DNA of 64,000 nt from Zetaproteobacteria bacterium (lineage in GTDB: Bacteria; Pseudomonadota; Zetaproteobacteria; Mariprofundales; Mariprofundaceae), in assembly GCA_002753275.1 (NCBI GenBank), contig PEAA01000005.1, forward strand, positions 493 to 64,492, in the 5' to 3' direction. Numbering within the stretch: the first letter of the stretch is position 1; every line of letters starts with the position of its first letter. The notes beneath the pieces are model-generated. The model had not been told where the DNA came from and did not search any database. It worked only from the letters and a program-made list of their open reading frames with translations. The position numbers and the translations under genes are program-made. Positions 18,530 to 32,375 of the stretch are shown here, piece by piece.

Positions 18530-19053
18530 CTATACAGGCAATACATTTGCGTGACTACATCCGTGATGTTCCAGACTTTCCAAAGCCTGGGATTGTTTTT
18601 AAAGATATCACCCCGCTGTTGGCAGATGGTAATGCATTTGCTGAATCGGTCTCACAACTTTCGTGCCACATGCCCAATGATGTTGATATTATTGTCGGCA
18701 TTGAGTCGAGAGGATTCTTGTTTGGTGCGGCATTGGCACAACAGCTCAATATGGGCTTTGTACCAGTGCGGAAGCCAGGAAAACTTCCAGCAGATGTTCA
18801 TCATATTGAGTATGAGCTGGAGTATGGATTTGATCGTTTAGAAATTCATAGGGATGCCTTAAAAGAGGGGACCCGTGTAGTGATTGTTGATGATTTGTTG
18901 GCAACAGGTGGGACTGCAGCAGCGACCATTAAGTTGGTTGAACAGTTGGGTGCAGATGTGGTTGCATGTTTGTTTGTGATTGAATTAAATTTCTTGAATG
19001 GTCGAAAAAAATTGCAAGATGTTGAGACCCATTCACTGCTGGCATATGATTGA
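18526..19053 (+). CDS. apt: Adenine phosphoribosyltransferase
   Basis: The PRPP-binding motif VVIVDDLLATGGTA is present. The protein is 175 aa. It has an ATGA start/stop overlap with rpoS. Confidence 0.93.
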   Translation: MTIQAIHLRDYIRDVPDFPKPGIVFKDITPLLADGNAFAESVSQLSCHMPNDVDIIVGIESRGFLFGAALAQQLNMGFVPVRKPGKLPADVHHIEYELEYGFDRLEIHRDALKEGTRVVIVDDLLATGGTAAATIKLVEQLGADVVACLFVIELNFLNGRKKLQDVETHSLLAYD

Positions 19054-19079
19054 GAGTAAGATGTTCAATAGGGGGATAA

Positions 19080-20753
19080 ATGGCTGATTATCAATATATC
19101 TACACCATGCAAGGTGTGGGTAAAATGGTTGCAAATAAAAAAGAGATTTTAAAAGGGATCTACTTATCGTTCTTCCCAGGCGCTAAAATTGGTGTGTTGG
19201 GCCTAAATGGTTCTGGAAAATCAACATTGCTAAAAATCATGGCAGGGCTGGATACCGATATTATTGGGGAAGCAAGAGCAGCTCCGGGGATTAAAATTGG
19301 CTACCTGTCGCAAGAGCCAGAACTTGATCCAGAAAAGAGCGTGCGTGGAAATGTTGAAGAGGCTGTAGCAGAAACCAAGTCACTTCTCGATGAATTTAAT
19401 GCGATCTCATTGCGTTTTGCTGAACCGATGTCGGATGATGAGATGAATGCTTTGATTGAAGAGCAAGGAAAGTTGCAAGATAAAATCGATGCTGCAGATG
19501 CTTGGGATTTGGATCGAAAACTTGAAGTCGCAGCAGATGCATTACGCCTGCCCGACTGGGAAGCCGATGTGACAAAGCTTTCTGGCGGTGAGCGTCGTCG
19601 TGTAGCTTTATGCCGCTTGCTTCTTTCAAATCCAGATATGTTGCTTCTTGATGAGCCTACCAACCATCTTGATGCAGAGTCAGTTGCATGGCTTGAGCGA
19701 TTCTTGCATGATTTTCCAGGAACTGTCGTGGCAGTTACCCATGATCGTTATTTCCTGGATAATGTTGCGGGTTGGATTTTGGAGCTTGATCGTGGTCGTG
19801 GAATTCCTTTTGAAGGGAACTATTCAGGTTGGTTGGAAGATAAAGAGCGCCGCCTTTCGACGGAAGAAAAACAGGAGAGTAATCGTCAAAAAGCGATTGC
19901 CAAAGAGTTGGAGTGGGTGCGTTCCAATGCCAAAGGGCGTCATGCTAAATCCAAAGCTCGCCTCAATGCGTTTGATGAACTCTCTAACAGCGATGTGCAA
20001 CAGCGCAATGCGACCAAGCAGATCTTTATTCCAGCCGGTGAACGCTTAGGGGATATCGTCGTCCAGGCCGATGGGGTGAAAAAAGTGTTTGGAGATCGGG
20101 TTATTGTTGAGGATCTATCTTTTAACTTGCCTCGAGGTGGTATTGTTGGGGTGATTGGTGCCAATGGGGCTGGTAAAACAACCATGTTTCGTATGTTAAC
20201 AGGGCAAGAAAAACCGGATGAAGGAACCTTGACTGTAGGTGAGACTGTGCAATTTGCTTATGTCGATCAATCGCGAGATACACTTGATGATAAGCAGAGT
20301 GTTTGGCATGAAATTTCTGATGGGTTGGATTCAATCTATTTGGGAAAAACAGAGGTGCAGTCACGAGCCTATTGTGCGCGTTTTAACTTTAAGGGGGCGG
20401 ATCAGCAGAAGGTGATTGGTTCCCTCTCTGGCGGAGAGCGCAATCGTGTTCATCTTGCCAAAATGCTTAAATCTGGTGGCAATGTGTTGCTTCTTGATGA
20501 ACCAACCAATGATCTGGATGTAGAAACGCTTCGTGCGCTTGAAGAGGCGCTGCTTGATTTTGCCGGTTGTGCTGTGGTGATCTCGCATGATCGATGGTTC
20601 TTGGATCGAATTGCAACCCATATCTTGGCCTTTGAAGGAGAAGGGCATGTTGAATGGTTTGAGGGAAACTTTGCAGAATATGAGCTAGATAAAAAGCGGC
20701 GGTTGGGAGATGTTCAACCCCATCGTATGAAGTACAAACGCTTGGCTCATTGA
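19080..20753 (+). CDS. ettA: Energy-dependent translational throttle ABC-F ATPase EttA
   Basis: The N-terminus [17 protein letters not shown]...[23 protein letters not shown] closely parallels E. coli EttA. It has two ABC cassettes ([11 protein letters not shown] and [11 protein letters not shown]). Confidence 0.93.
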   Translation: MADYQYIYTMQGVGKMVANKKEILKGIYLSFFPGAKIGVLGLNGSGKSTLLKIMAGLDTDIIGEARAAPGIKIGYLSQEPELDPEKSVRGNVEEAVAETKSLLDEFNAISLRFAEPMSDDEMNALIEEQGKLQDKIDAADAWDLDRKLEVAADALRLPDWEADVTKLSGGERRRVALCRLLLSNPDMLLLDEPTNHLDAESVAWLERFLHDFPGTVVAVTHDRYFLDNVAGWILELDRGRGIPFEGNYSGWLEDKERRLSTEEKQESNRQKAIAKELEWVRSNAKGRHAKSKARLNAFDELSNSDVQQRNATKQIFIPAGERLGDIVVQADGVKKVFGDRVIVEDLSFNLPRGGIVGVIGANGAGKTTMFRMLTGQEKPDEGTLTVGETVQFAYVDQSRDTLDDKQSVWHEISDGLDSIYLGKTEVQSRAYCARFNFKGADQQKVIGSLSGGERNRVHLAKMLKSGGNVLLLDEPTNDLDVETLRALEEALLDFAGCAVVISHDRWFLDRIATHILAFEGEGHVEWFEGNFAEYELDKKRRLGDVQPHRMKYKRLAH

Positions 20754-20770
20754 TTGGCAGTTTGTTTACA

Positions 20771-20806
20771 AAAAGAGGGTGCACGGTTTGTGCACCCTCT
20801 TTTTTG
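20771..20806. terminator. Bidirectional intrinsic terminator between ettA and pycB
   Basis: The sequence AAAAAGAGGGTGCAC-GGTTT-GTGCACCCTCTTTTTTG forms an 11-bp GC-rich stem. It is flanked by an A-run and a T-run. Confidence 0.75.
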
Positions 20807-20836
20807 ACCGATTCTCAAAGATAATCTTTGAATGAT

Positions 20837-22693
20837 TTATTCGATTTCGATTAAACACTCATCAGGATTGACATTATCGCCCTCTTTGGCATAGATCGCT
20901 TTAACCGTTCCTGATACAGGGGCATGCACAGGATTTTCCATCTTCATAGCTTCAACCACAAGTATCGTATCACCAGCAGTGACATGCGTGCCCTCTTGCA
21001 CATGGATTGCAACGATTCGACCAGGCATCGGGGAAGTGACATCACTATCTTTTCGTGCTTTAGGTCGTTTTGAGCCTTTGGATGCACGATTGGCATCAAT
21101 ACTACGGCCATCAAGTGTTGGTACGATTTCGGTCAATGTTTCGACGGAGACTTCTTCCAAGATATTATCAACTTTTACATAAAATGGACGAAGTTCTCCA
21201 GATTGATGTCCAGTTCCTTCGATTTTAATGTGGTACTGCTCCCCATGAATGGTAATGTTAAATTCAGTGGGTGCGAGCATGGGCGTCTCTTGAGGACTAA
21301 CGGGTGCAGCTGGCTCTTCTAAGGGTTCGGGTTTAAAGTTGCCAGAGGCGCGCTCTTCAAAAAATTCAAGCGCAATCGTGGGGAACATTGCGTAGGAGAG
21401 TACATCTTCTAGCGAATCTGCACGGTCTCCAACTTCACGGGTTAAGGCATCCAATTCATTGGTTAATAAATCTGCTGGGCGGACGGTAATAGACTCCTCA
21501 TCACCCAAAGCGAGTTTGCGTACTTCATCATTGATTTCACCTAAAGGTTGTCCATATAACCCTTTGAGGTAGGACTTGGTCTCATTGGTAATGACTTTGT
21601 ACTTTTTGCCAGAGACGACATTGAGTACCGCTTGGGTTCCGACAATTTGACTGGTAGGGGTGACCAACGGCGGATAGCCAAAATCTTTACGAACCTTCGG
21701 AATTTCATCAAGAACTTCATCCATGCGGTCGGAGGCATTTTGTTCACGCAACTGAATTGCCAAGTTTGAGATCATTCCACCTGGAATTTGATTGATAAAC
21801 ACACGGGTATCAACACCGGTAACATCCGATTCAAAACGCTTATACTTTTTACGAATATTGCGAAAATATGCCGCAATCTCTTGTAAAAGGATGAGATCGA
21901 GCCCTGTATCAAACTCCGTTCCTGAAAAGGCCGCAACCATGCCTTCAGTGGGCGCGTGTGAGGTGCCACCAGCAAGGGGGGAAATTGCGGTATCAATAAT
22001 ATCACAGCCTGCGTGAACTGCTTCCCATTGCACCAGTTCAGCAAGCCCTGCAGTTGCATGAATATGCAAATGCAGAGGGATATTGACGGTCTCTTTTAAT
22101 CGGGTAACTAATTCTCGCGTTTCAGTAGGAGTTAACAGTCCCGCCATGTCTTTAATAGCAATAGTATCACAGCCTAAATCTTCAAAAGATTTGGCAAGGT
22201 CAATGAAGTACTCAAGGGTATGCACTGGGCTTGTCGTGTAAGAGATCGCACCCTCAGCATGTTTACCATTCTCTTTTACTTGTTGAATTGCCACCCGTAC
22301 ATTGCGAATGTCATTGAGTGCATCAAAAACACGAAAGACATCGACGCCATTGGCAGAAGCCATATCAACAAATTTTCGTACCACATCATCCGCATAATGA
22401 CGGTAGCCAAGTAAGTTTTGTCCGCGCAGTAACATCTGAATAGGGGTGTTGGGCAGAGCTTTTTTTAGTTCACGCAAGCGAACCCATGGCCCCTCTTTAA
22501 GATAGCGTAAACAGGTGTCAAATGTAGCACCGCCCCATGCTTCGATCGACCAGTAGCCAACGGCATCAAGTTTTTCACAAATCGGTAACATGTCATCAAG
22601 ACGCATCCGCGTCGCCAGTAAGGATTGATGGCCATCACGGAGGGCTAATTCAGTAATCGCAAGTTTTCTTGGTGTTTGTATCATGTTGTTCAT
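20837..22693 (-). CDS. pycB: Pyruvate carboxylase subunit B (carboxyltransferase plus biotinyl carrier domain; OadA-like)
   Basis: It has the LRDGHQS carboxyltransferase TIM-barrel N-terminus and the C-terminal biotinylation motif EAMKMEN. It lies 6 nt downstream of a biotin carboxylase gene. No oadB or oadG membrane subunits are nearby. Confidence 0.82.
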   Translation of the reverse strand: MNNMIQTPRKLAITELALRDGHQSLLATRMRLDDMLPICEKLDAVGYWSIEAWGGATFDTCLRYLKEGPWVRLRELKKALPNTPIQMLLRGQNLLGYRHYADDVVRKFVDMASANGVDVFRVFDALNDIRNVRVAIQQVKENGKHAEGAISYTTSPVHTLEYFIDLAKSFEDLGCDTIAIKDMAGLLTPTETRELVTRLKETVNIPLHLHIHATAGLAELVQWEAVHAGCDIIDTAISPLAGGTSHAPTEGMVAAFSGTEFDTGLDLILLQEIAAYFRNIRKKYKRFESDVTGVDTRVFINQIPGGMISNLAIQLREQNASDRMDEVLDEIPKVRKDFGYPPLVTPTSQIVGTQAVLNVVSGKKYKVITNETKSYLKGLYGQPLGEINDEVRKLALGDEESITVRPADLLTNELDALTREVGDRADSLEDVLSYAMFPTIALEFFEERASGNFKPEPLEEPAAPVSPQETPMLAPTEFNITIHGEQYHIKIEGTGHQSGELRPFYVKVDNILEEVSVETLTEIVPTLDGRSIDANRASKGSKRPKARKDSDVTSPMPGRIVAIHVQEGTHVTAGDTILVVEAMKMENPVHAPVSGTVKAIYAKEGDNVNPDECLIEIE

Positions 22694-22699
22694 CCTTAT

Positions 22700-24118
22700 T
22701 TATAAACCGGCATGCGCAGCGATAGCAACCGCCACAGCTGCGGCGATATCTTCACGCGCTTCACGCGTTTTGTAATCAAGTAGTTCAGGGTATTGCTCCA
22801 TAAATCCAGTATCAAATTGACCGCGCATAAACACATCGGAATCAGCAATTTGGCGATAAAATGGTAAGGTTGTTTTGACCCCGCGAATATCATATTCGCG
22901 CAGAGCACGCTGGGCACGCATAACGGTATGTTTCCAGTCAGGCCCCCAAATGGTTAATTTGGCGCACATTGAATCGTAGTGTGGTGGAATTTCATATCCT
23001 GCATAAACGCAACCATCCACACGAACGCCTGGGCCACCAGGTGAAACATAACGGGTGATTTTTCCAGGGTCAGGGAAGAAACCATTTTTTGGATTTTCTG
23101 CATTGACCCGAAATTCAATCGCATGCCCTTTGAAACTGATATCATCTTGCGTAAAGGGGAGGTGGGCACCGGCTGCGATGTTGATCTGTTGCGCAACAAT
23201 GTCGATACCAGTAATCGCTTCTGTAATGGTGTGCTCGACTTGAAGACGGGTATTCATTTCCATAAAGAAAAAGTCATGATTTTGATCGACGAGAAACTCG
23301 ACGGTTCCTGCGTTGACATAGCCAACCGCTTGGGCTGCTTGAACAGCGACAGCCCCCATGCGTGCGCGTTGCTCATCGTTGATGTAATTGGAAGGTGCAA
23401 TTTCAATCAACTTTTGATTGCGGCGTTGGATGGAGCAGTCGCGTTCAAAAAGGTGTACACAGTTTCCATGAGCATCGGCTAGAATTTGAAATTCGATGTG
23501 GCGTGGTCCAACAATACATTTTTCCATGAATAGCTCGCCATTGCCAAAGGCAGCTGTGGCTTCACGGGTGGTGAGTTCAAAGTTTTCGATGACTTCAGCA
23601 TCGGAGTCACAACGGCGAATGCCTCGGCCTCCACCACCGGCTGCTGCCTTAAGCATGACGGGGTAACCCATCGATTGAGCCACTTCAATAGCCTCTTGAG
23701 CATTTTTTAGTGAGGATTCAGTTCCTGGTATACAAGGGACACCTGCAGCTAACATCGCAGTTCGGGCGGCTGTTTTACTGCCCATATTGTGAATGGCATC
23801 GGGAGAAGGACCGATGTATGTTAAGCCTGCTTCGTTGACCTTGCGAGCAAATTCGGCATTTTCAGATAAAAAACCATAGCCTGGATGAATCGCATCACAG
23901 CCTGTTTTAATGGCAATATCAACAATCCGATGAATATTCAAATAGCTTTTAACAGGGTCCGGTCCAATGAGAACGGCTTGATCTGCTTTTTTTACATGAA
24001 GGGCGTGACTATCGGATTCAGAATAGATGGCAACAGTTTCAATACCCAATTCAATACATGAGCGAATAATACGAATAGCACATTCGCCTCTGTTGGCAAC
24101 TAGAACGCGTTTAAACAA
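22700..24118 (-). CDS. pycA: Pyruvate carboxylase subunit A (biotin carboxylase)
   Basis: The ATP-grasp biotin carboxylase motifs are present: VANRGECAIRIIR, GYPVMLKAAAGGGGRGIR and EMNTRLQVEH. It has a TTG start preceded by AGGAGG. Confidence 0.85.
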   Translation of the reverse strand: MFKRVLVANRGECAIRIIRSCIELGIETVAIYSESDSHALHVKKADQAVLIGPDPVKSYLNIHRIVDIAIKTGCDAIHPGYGFLSENAEFARKVNEAGLTYIGPSPDAIHNMGSKTAARTAMLAAGVPCIPGTESSLKNAQEAIEVAQSMGYPVMLKAAAGGGGRGIRRCDSDAEVIENFELTTREATAAFGNGELFMEKCIVGPRHIEFQILADAHGNCVHLFERDCSIQRRNQKLIEIAPSNYINDEQRARMGAVAVQAAQAVGYVNAGTVEFLVDQNHDFFFMEMNTRLQVEHTITEAITGIDIVAQQINIAAGAHLPFTQDDISFKGHAIEFRVNAENPKNGFFPDPGKITRYVSPGGPGVRVDGCVYAGYEIPPHYDSMCAKLTIWGPDWKHTVMRAQRALREYDIRGVKTTLPFYRQIADSDVFMRGQFDTGFMEQYPELLDYKTREAREDIAAAVAVAIAAHAGL

Positions 24119-24244
24119 AAGAGATCCTCCTGTGAAAGAGTGGGTATGCTAACGGATTTTGGCGAAGCCTACAAACGGATCGCATAATCTATTACATATT
24201 GTGAAAGCAAATGTTGAAATCACATGGTGCAAAAGTGACATGTA

Positions 24245-24276
24245 TAAAAAAGGCGAGCTACTAGCTCGCCTTTTTA
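24245..24276. terminator. Intrinsic terminator downstream of fba (bidirectional form)
   Basis: The sequence AAAAAAGGCGAGCT-ACT-AGCTCGCCTTTTT forms an 8-bp stem. It is flanked by A- and T-runs and lies 33 nt past the fba stop. Confidence 0.7.
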
Positions 24277-24308
24277 TTGATCATTTCATCTAATAATAGA
24301 AGAATGGA

Positions 24309-25349
24309 TTAGTTATAGAAACCAATCATCTCTTCAAGAGACTTGGAACGAATCTTCGATGCTTGACCTGCTGAACCGAAGGCTTCAAAGCGTGCTTTAC
24401 AGACATCACGCATTGCATCTTTGGCCGCCTTGTAGAATTTGCGTGGGTCAAAGTTGGAAGGGTTTTCAGCCAAGTGGCGACGAACAGCACCGGTAGAAGC
24501 CATACGCAAGTCAGTATCAATATTGACTTTACGCACGCCATGTTTGATGCCTTCAACGATCTCTTCAACAGGGACGCCATAAGTTTGTGGCATTTCTCCT
24601 CCAAACTCATTGATCACTTTCAACCAATCTTGTGGTACAGACGATGAACCATGCATGACCAGATGAACATTAGGAATACGGGCATGAATCTCTTTGACAC
24701 GATCGATTGCCAAGATATCACCTGTCGGTGGCTTGGTGAATTTATAAGCACCATGCGAAGTTCCAATTGCAATTGCAAGGGCATCTACACCTGTTTTGGC
24801 GACAAAGTCGGCAGCTTCTTCTGGATCAGTCAACATTTGATCATGAGAAAGTTTGCCTACAGCACCCACGCCATCTTCTTCACCCGCTTCACCCGTTTCG
24901 AGTGAACCAAGGCAGCCAAGTTCACCTTCGACAGAGACACCGCAAGCATGCGCAATATTACAAACTTCTTTGGTGATGTTGACATTGTACTCATAACTTG
25001 CAGGGGTTTTTGCATCGGCAAGCAGTGATCCATCCATCATTACAGAAGAGAATCCAGATTGAATGGAGCGGGTACAAACTGCAGGGCTAGAGCCGTGATC
25101 TTGATGCATCACCACAGGAATATGTGGGTATTGCTCAATTGCAGCTTCAATCATTTTGCGTAAAAAAGGTTCACCAGCATAGCTTCGTGCTCCTGCTGAT
25201 CCCTGCATGATTACCGGAGCATCAACTAGATGTGCTGCTTCCATGATTGCATGGACTTGTTCCATGTTATTAACATTAAAGGCCGGCATGCCGTAGTTGT
25301 TTTCAGCGGCATGGTCCAATAGTTGACGCATTGATATAAGGGCCATCAT
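24309..25349 (-). CDS. fba: Fructose-1,6-bisphosphate aldolase, class II (Calvin-cycle/CbbA-type)
   Basis: [27 protein letters not shown] and the metal-binding HQDHG, HGSS and GTSHG contexts are present. Confidence 0.93.
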   Translation of the reverse strand: MMALISMRQLLDHAAENNYGMPAFNVNNMEQVHAIMEAAHLVDAPVIMQGSAGARSYAGEPFLRKMIEAAIEQYPHIPVVMHQDHGSSPAVCTRSIQSGFSSVMMDGSLLADAKTPASYEYNVNITKEVCNIAHACGVSVEGELGCLGSLETGEAGEEDGVGAVGKLSHDQMLTDPEEAADFVAKTGVDALAIAIGTSHGAYKFTKPPTGDILAIDRVKEIHARIPNVHLVMHGSSSVPQDWLKVINEFGGEMPQTYGVPVEEIVEGIKHGVRKVNIDTDLRMASTGAVRRHLAENPSNFDPRKFYKAAKDAMRDVCKARFEAFGSAGQASKIRSKSLEEMIGFYN

Positions 25350-25420
25350 ATTCTCCTAAAAAAAATTTCGCATACTCTATGATATATGCGATGTTATATT
25401 CAACCGTGCAGATAGAGATA

Positions 25421-26875
25421 TTAAATATCTCCACCTACACGAATGATCTTCATAGCATTCGTTCCACCTGACATCCCCATTGGGGTGCCAAATGTCATAA
25501 TGATAAAATCATCTTCACCCGCAATGCCATCATCAAGCATGCGTTGTTTTACATCAAGTGTCGCTTGAGGAGCATCTTGTGGGCCATAGTTAGCGGGCAT
25601 ACAAAGCGGAATCACATTACGAAATAGGGTAACACGACCTAAGGTACTCTGCTCATTTGTGACCGCATAGATGGGAACATCTCCCAAGTGGCGAGACATG
25701 TAGAGCGTTGTATTGCCGGTTTGTGTGAATGCAGCAATGGCCTTAATATCCATATAGTTGGCAACTTCCATGGCTTGTTGGGCGATGCATGCATCAATAC
25801 TGTGCGGCGGACTATCTGGATCACGCGTCTGTGTCGATGGGTGGATATGATGGCGCTCTGTCTCAAGACAGGTACGATGCATCGCTTCAACCGCTTTAAC
25901 TGGATATTTTCCAGCTGCAGATTCACCCGAGAGCATTACTGCATCAGCACCATCAAGCACGGCATTGGCACAGTCATTAACCTCTGCACGCGTCGGGATG
26001 GGGTTTTCGCACATCGATTCCATCATTTGTGTTGCAACAATCACAGGACAATTATATTTGGGTGCCATACGGAGCATGCGTTTTTGCACCGGAGGCACAG
26101 CAGCATCACCAATTTCAACACCCAAATCACCACGGGCAACCATGACAGCATCAGATGCTTTCATGATTGCACGCAAGTTTTCGTCCAATACTGCCTCTGC
26201 GCGTTCGACTTTGGCAACTAAGCCAGCATTTGAGCCTTCGGCTTGAACCAATGCACGGGCATATTCCATATCACGGCCATCACGCGGGAAAGAGATGGCA
26301 ATATAATCAACACCAATGGCACATGCCGTTTTGATATCTTCTTTATCTTTTTCGGTTAATGCTGCGGCAGAGAGACCGCCACCCGCACGATTGACACCTT
26401 TATTATTTGAGAGAATGCCCCCAACAATCACAGTGCAATGGATTTCATTGCCATGAATGTGATCGACATCCATAACCAATAAACCATCGTTTAGCAACAG
26501 TCGAGCACCAGGTTCAACATCATGCAAAAGCTCTTTATAGGTTAAACCTACACGCTCATCATCACCATCTTCAAGGGGAAGTGCGGCATCTAAAATAAAC
26601 TTCTGCCCTGGTTCAAGAAATGTTTTACCTTTTTTGAACTTACCACAACGAATCTTAGGCCCTTGCATGTCGGCAAGAATGCCGACAGTAACATTGTGTG
26701 CTTTTGCAGCGGCACGCACATTTTCTGCGCGTTGTTGATGCTCTTCAGGTGTACCGTGTGAAAAGTTTAAGCGTACGACATTGACGCCTGCACCAATCAT
26801 TTTGTAAAGCATTTCAGGCGATTCAGATGCGGGACCGATGGTTGCAACAATTTTAGTTCTGCGTAATTGACTCAC
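25421..26875 (-). CDS. pyk: Pyruvate kinase
   Basis: [18 protein letters not shown] and [10 protein letters not shown] are present. It has a GTGA start/stop overlap with pgk. Confidence 0.93.
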   Translation of the reverse strand: MSQLRRTKIVATIGPASESPEMLYKMIGAGVNVVRLNFSHGTPEEHQQRAENVRAAAKAHNVTVGILADMQGPKIRCGKFKKGKTFLEPGQKFILDAALPLEDGDDERVGLTYKELLHDVEPGARLLLNDGLLVMDVDHIHGNEIHCTVIVGGILSNNKGVNRAGGGLSAAALTEKDKEDIKTACAIGVDYIAISFPRDGRDMEYARALVQAEGSNAGLVAKVERAEAVLDENLRAIMKASDAVMVARGDLGVEIGDAAVPPVQKRMLRMAPKYNCPVIVATQMMESMCENPIPTRAEVNDCANAVLDGADAVMLSGESAAGKYPVKAVEAMHRTCLETERHHIHPSTQTRDPDSPPHSIDACIAQQAMEVANYMDIKAIAAFTQTGNTTLYMSRHLGDVPIYAVTNEQSTLGRVTLFRNVIPLCMPANYGPQDAPQATLDVKQRMLDDGIAGEDDFIIMTFGTPMGMSGGTNAMKIIRVGGDI

Positions 26876-28053
26876 TTGGCTGCACGCTCCTCAAGCATCG
26901 CTACGGCAGGAAGTTTTTTTCCTTCTAAAAATTCTAGAAATGCACCACCACCTGTAGAGATGTAGGATACCTTGTCAGCAATGTCATATTTATCAACAGC
27001 GGCCAAAGTGTCGCCACCGCCGGCGATTGAAAAGGCAGAAGACTCAGCAATGGCCATTGCAATGGCTTTGGTTCCTTCTCCAAACTGATCAAATTCAAAT
27101 ACGCCAACAGGACCATTCCATACGATGGTTCCTGCATTTTTTAAGATTTCAGCCAGTGCTGCCGCTGAGTCAGGACCAATGTCAAAAATCATGTCATCAT
27201 CGGTAACGGTGGAAGCATCTTTCAGTGTTGCTTCTGCTGTGGGTGAAAACTCTTTTCCGCAGATAACATCGGTAGGTACAGGAATATCACCACCACGAGC
27301 TTGTGCTGCCGCAGTCAGTGATTTGCAAGTGTCAATGAGGTCTGCTTCATAAAGTGATTTGCCTACATTGTAGCCAGCCGCAGCAATAAAGGTGTTGGCA
27401 ATACCACCACCAACAACCAATTGATCAACCTTTGTTGAGAGTGATTCAAGAACTGTTAATTTGGTAGAAACTTTAGAGCCTCCCACAATCGCCACCATTG
27501 GACGCGCGGGATTATCAAGTGCTTTGCCAAGTGCTTCTAATTCATTGGCAAGCAATGGGCCTGCACATGCGATAGGGGCGTGCACGCCAGCGCCATGGGT
27601 AGAGGCTTGTGCACGGTGCGCGGTGCCAAAAGCATCCATCACATAGACATCACAAAGTGCCGCATATTTTTTCGATAATGGCTCTTCATTTTTTCCTTCA
27701 CCGGCATTGAAACGAACATTTTCAAGCAAGACAACTTCGCCATCTGCAATTTCAAGATCGGCATCAAGGTAGTCACGAATTAAACGGACAGGTTTACCCA
27801 ACAGAGCAGCAAGGTGGTTGGCAACGGGTTGCAGAGAGTCTGCTTCGCTAAACTGACCCTCAGTAGGGCGCCCTAGATGGGACATAAGCATCACTTTTGC
27901 CCCTGCATTCATGGCATGTTCGATTGTCGGCATGCTGGCACGGATACGGGCATCAGAGGTCACGACACCATCTTTTACAGGTACATTAAGATCTTCGCGG
28001 ATTAACACGCGTTTTCCGGCCAAATCCAAGTCGGTCATTTTAATTACAGACAT
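26872..28053 (-). CDS. pgk: Phosphoglycerate kinase
   Basis: [18 protein letters not shown] and [14 protein letters not shown] are present. Confidence 0.95.
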   Translation of the reverse strand: MSVIKMTDLDLAGKRVLIREDLNVPVKDGVVTSDARIRASMPTIEHAMNAGAKVMLMSHLGRPTEGQFSEADSLQPVANHLAALLGKPVRLIRDYLDADLEIADGEVVLLENVRFNAGEGKNEEPLSKKYAALCDVYVMDAFGTAHRAQASTHGAGVHAPIACAGPLLANELEALGKALDNPARPMVAIVGGSKVSTKLTVLESLSTKVDQLVVGGGIANTFIAAAGYNVGKSLYEADLIDTCKSLTAAAQARGGDIPVPTDVICGKEFSPTAEATLKDASTVTDDDMIFDIGPDSAAALAEILKNAGTIVWNGPVGVFEFDQFGEGTKAIAMAIAESSAFSIAGGGDTLAAVDKYDIADKVSYISTGGGAFLEFLEGKKLPAVAMLEERAAK

Positions 28054-28174
28054 TGCTTACTCCTTCCTATGGGTGTTGATATAAAAACACAGATGAATCT
28101 GTGTGAGCGGTATCGCTTTTCGATGCCAGATGAGGAGATAACTCTCTAATATAACAAGATTTCATGTGGCATGG

Positions 28175-28205
28175 AAAAATGAAGGAGCCCTCGTTGAGGA
28201 CTCCT
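28175..28205 (-). terminator. Intrinsic terminator-like hairpin just downstream of gap
   Basis: The minus strand reads AGGAGTCCTC-AAC-GAGGGCTCCT followed by TCATTTTT. The stem is 10 bp with one G-U. Confidence 0.45.
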
Positions 28206-28218
28206 GTTTTTACTTGTT

Positions 28219-31234
<3,016 letters not shown>

Positions 31235-31285
31235 AAGGTCTTATCTCCTGTGTTGTATTACTTATTTAAAATGTGTTAAATCGGC

Positions 31286-32239
31286 TTAAAGATGAACTGT
31301 GGTGATAACACGGCGAATGTTACCCACAGAACTTGATAGTACGACGGTGTCCGTTGTCATGAAGCGCCCTTCGGCATCACGCCCAACCTTAACATGATCA
31401 ACATAAGCACCTGAAGTTAGCCCTGTGGCAACAAACATACAATCATCCGATGTGACCAATTCATCACGGGTGATAATACGCTTGGTGTCAATACCTTCCT
31501 TTTTACAAAGTTCGATTTCAAAATCTTTTTGTGGCGCCATTCTTCCGAACATCTCGGCACCCATGGCACGGGCAGCACATGCTGTAACAATGCCTTCTGG
31601 TGTTCCACCAATACCAAACAGGGCGTCAGAACCTTTGTTGAGTACAGCCTGAATTGCGCCATTAACATCACCATCTGTTGCGAGACGAACTTTTGCGCCG
31701 CATGCGTAGATCTCCTGTAAAAGTTGCTTGTGCCGCGGCTTTTCAAGTACAAAAACACGCACTTCGCGAATATCTTTGCCCAATGCCTTTGCCAGTTGAT
31801 GTAAACGGTCTGCAACAGGGGCTTCGGGGTCAATTTTTCCACGGGCGGCTTTTGGATATACCTGTTTGTCCATGTAGAAACATGAACCAGGTTGGTACAT
31901 GCTTCCTGCAGGGGCTGCAGCAAGCGTGACAATTGAACCCGGAAGATCTTTGGCAAAAAGATTGGTGCCCTCGATCGGGTCAACAGCGATATCGACGCCA
32001 ATTCCTTCGCCTGTTCCAACGGCTTCACTATCATATAGCGCAGGAGCTTCATCTTTGGCGCCTTCACCGATAACGACAACGCCTTTCATCTTAACTTGAT
32101 TGATGCGTGCTCGCATTGCATCTACCGCCAGTCCATCGCCTTCATCTTTTTGACCTGAGCCAACAAACGGTGCGCAGGCGCGCGCAGCAGCTTCGCAAAC
32201 CTCAACCAGATCGATTTTTAAATCAGCAACACAAGACAT
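31286..32239 (-). CDS. glpX: Fructose-1,6-bisphosphatase class II (GlpX; possibly FBPase/SBPase)
   Basis: The GlpX-family sequence includes VVVIGEGAKDEAP and DPIEGT. I chose the ATG at 32239 because GGAGGG lies 5 nt upstream. The tracked ORF extends 23 codons further upstream. Confidence 0.88.
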   Translation of the reverse strand: MSCVADLKIDLVEVCEAAARACAPFVGSGQKDEGDGLAVDAMRARINQVKMKGVVVIGEGAKDEAPALYDSEAVGTGEGIGVDIAVDPIEGTNLFAKDLPGSIVTLAAAPAGSMYQPGSCFYMDKQVYPKAARGKIDPEAPVADRLHQLAKALGKDIREVRVFVLEKPRHKQLLQEIYACGAKVRLATDGDVNGAIQAVLNKGSDALFGIGGTPEGIVTACAARAMGAEMFGRMAPQKDFEIELCKKEGIDTKRIITRDELVTSDDCMFVATGLTSGAYVDHVKVGRDAEGRFMTTDTVVLSSSVGNIRRVITTVHL

Positions 32240-32375
32240 GAATCCCTCCAATGATTTGATACACAAATGGTTATTTACAAGGGTGATATGTAAAATAGGA
32301 AGCCGCAACCTAACACCATTTTTTAAAAATGCGACTTAATAAAATTTGTATTAAGAAAATTTAACGGAATATATA

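Noticed and set aside
20837-22693. This gene could be read as the alpha subunit (OadA) of a Na+-pumping oxaloacetate decarboxylase.
   Set aside because: No oadB or oadG membrane subunit genes are adjacent. The gene is paired 6 nt downstream of a biotin carboxylase, which is the arrangement of a two-subunit pyruvate carboxylase.
25688-26221. This is a 177-aa antisense ORF inside pyk. The same class includes 34879-35412 in carB, 43953-44474 in hisD, 51692-52240 in dapF and 45891-46352 in hisB.
   Set aside because: All are antisense shadows of strongly conserved genes. They have Cys/His/Arg-rich, non-protein-like translations and no start context.
31417-32079. This is a 220-aa same-strand alternative-frame ORF inside glpX.
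   Set aside because: It lies entirely within a well-supported GlpX frame. Its product is low-complexity, K/R/L/S-rich, with no recognisable motif. Long off-frame ORFs occur by chance in stop-poor coding sequence.
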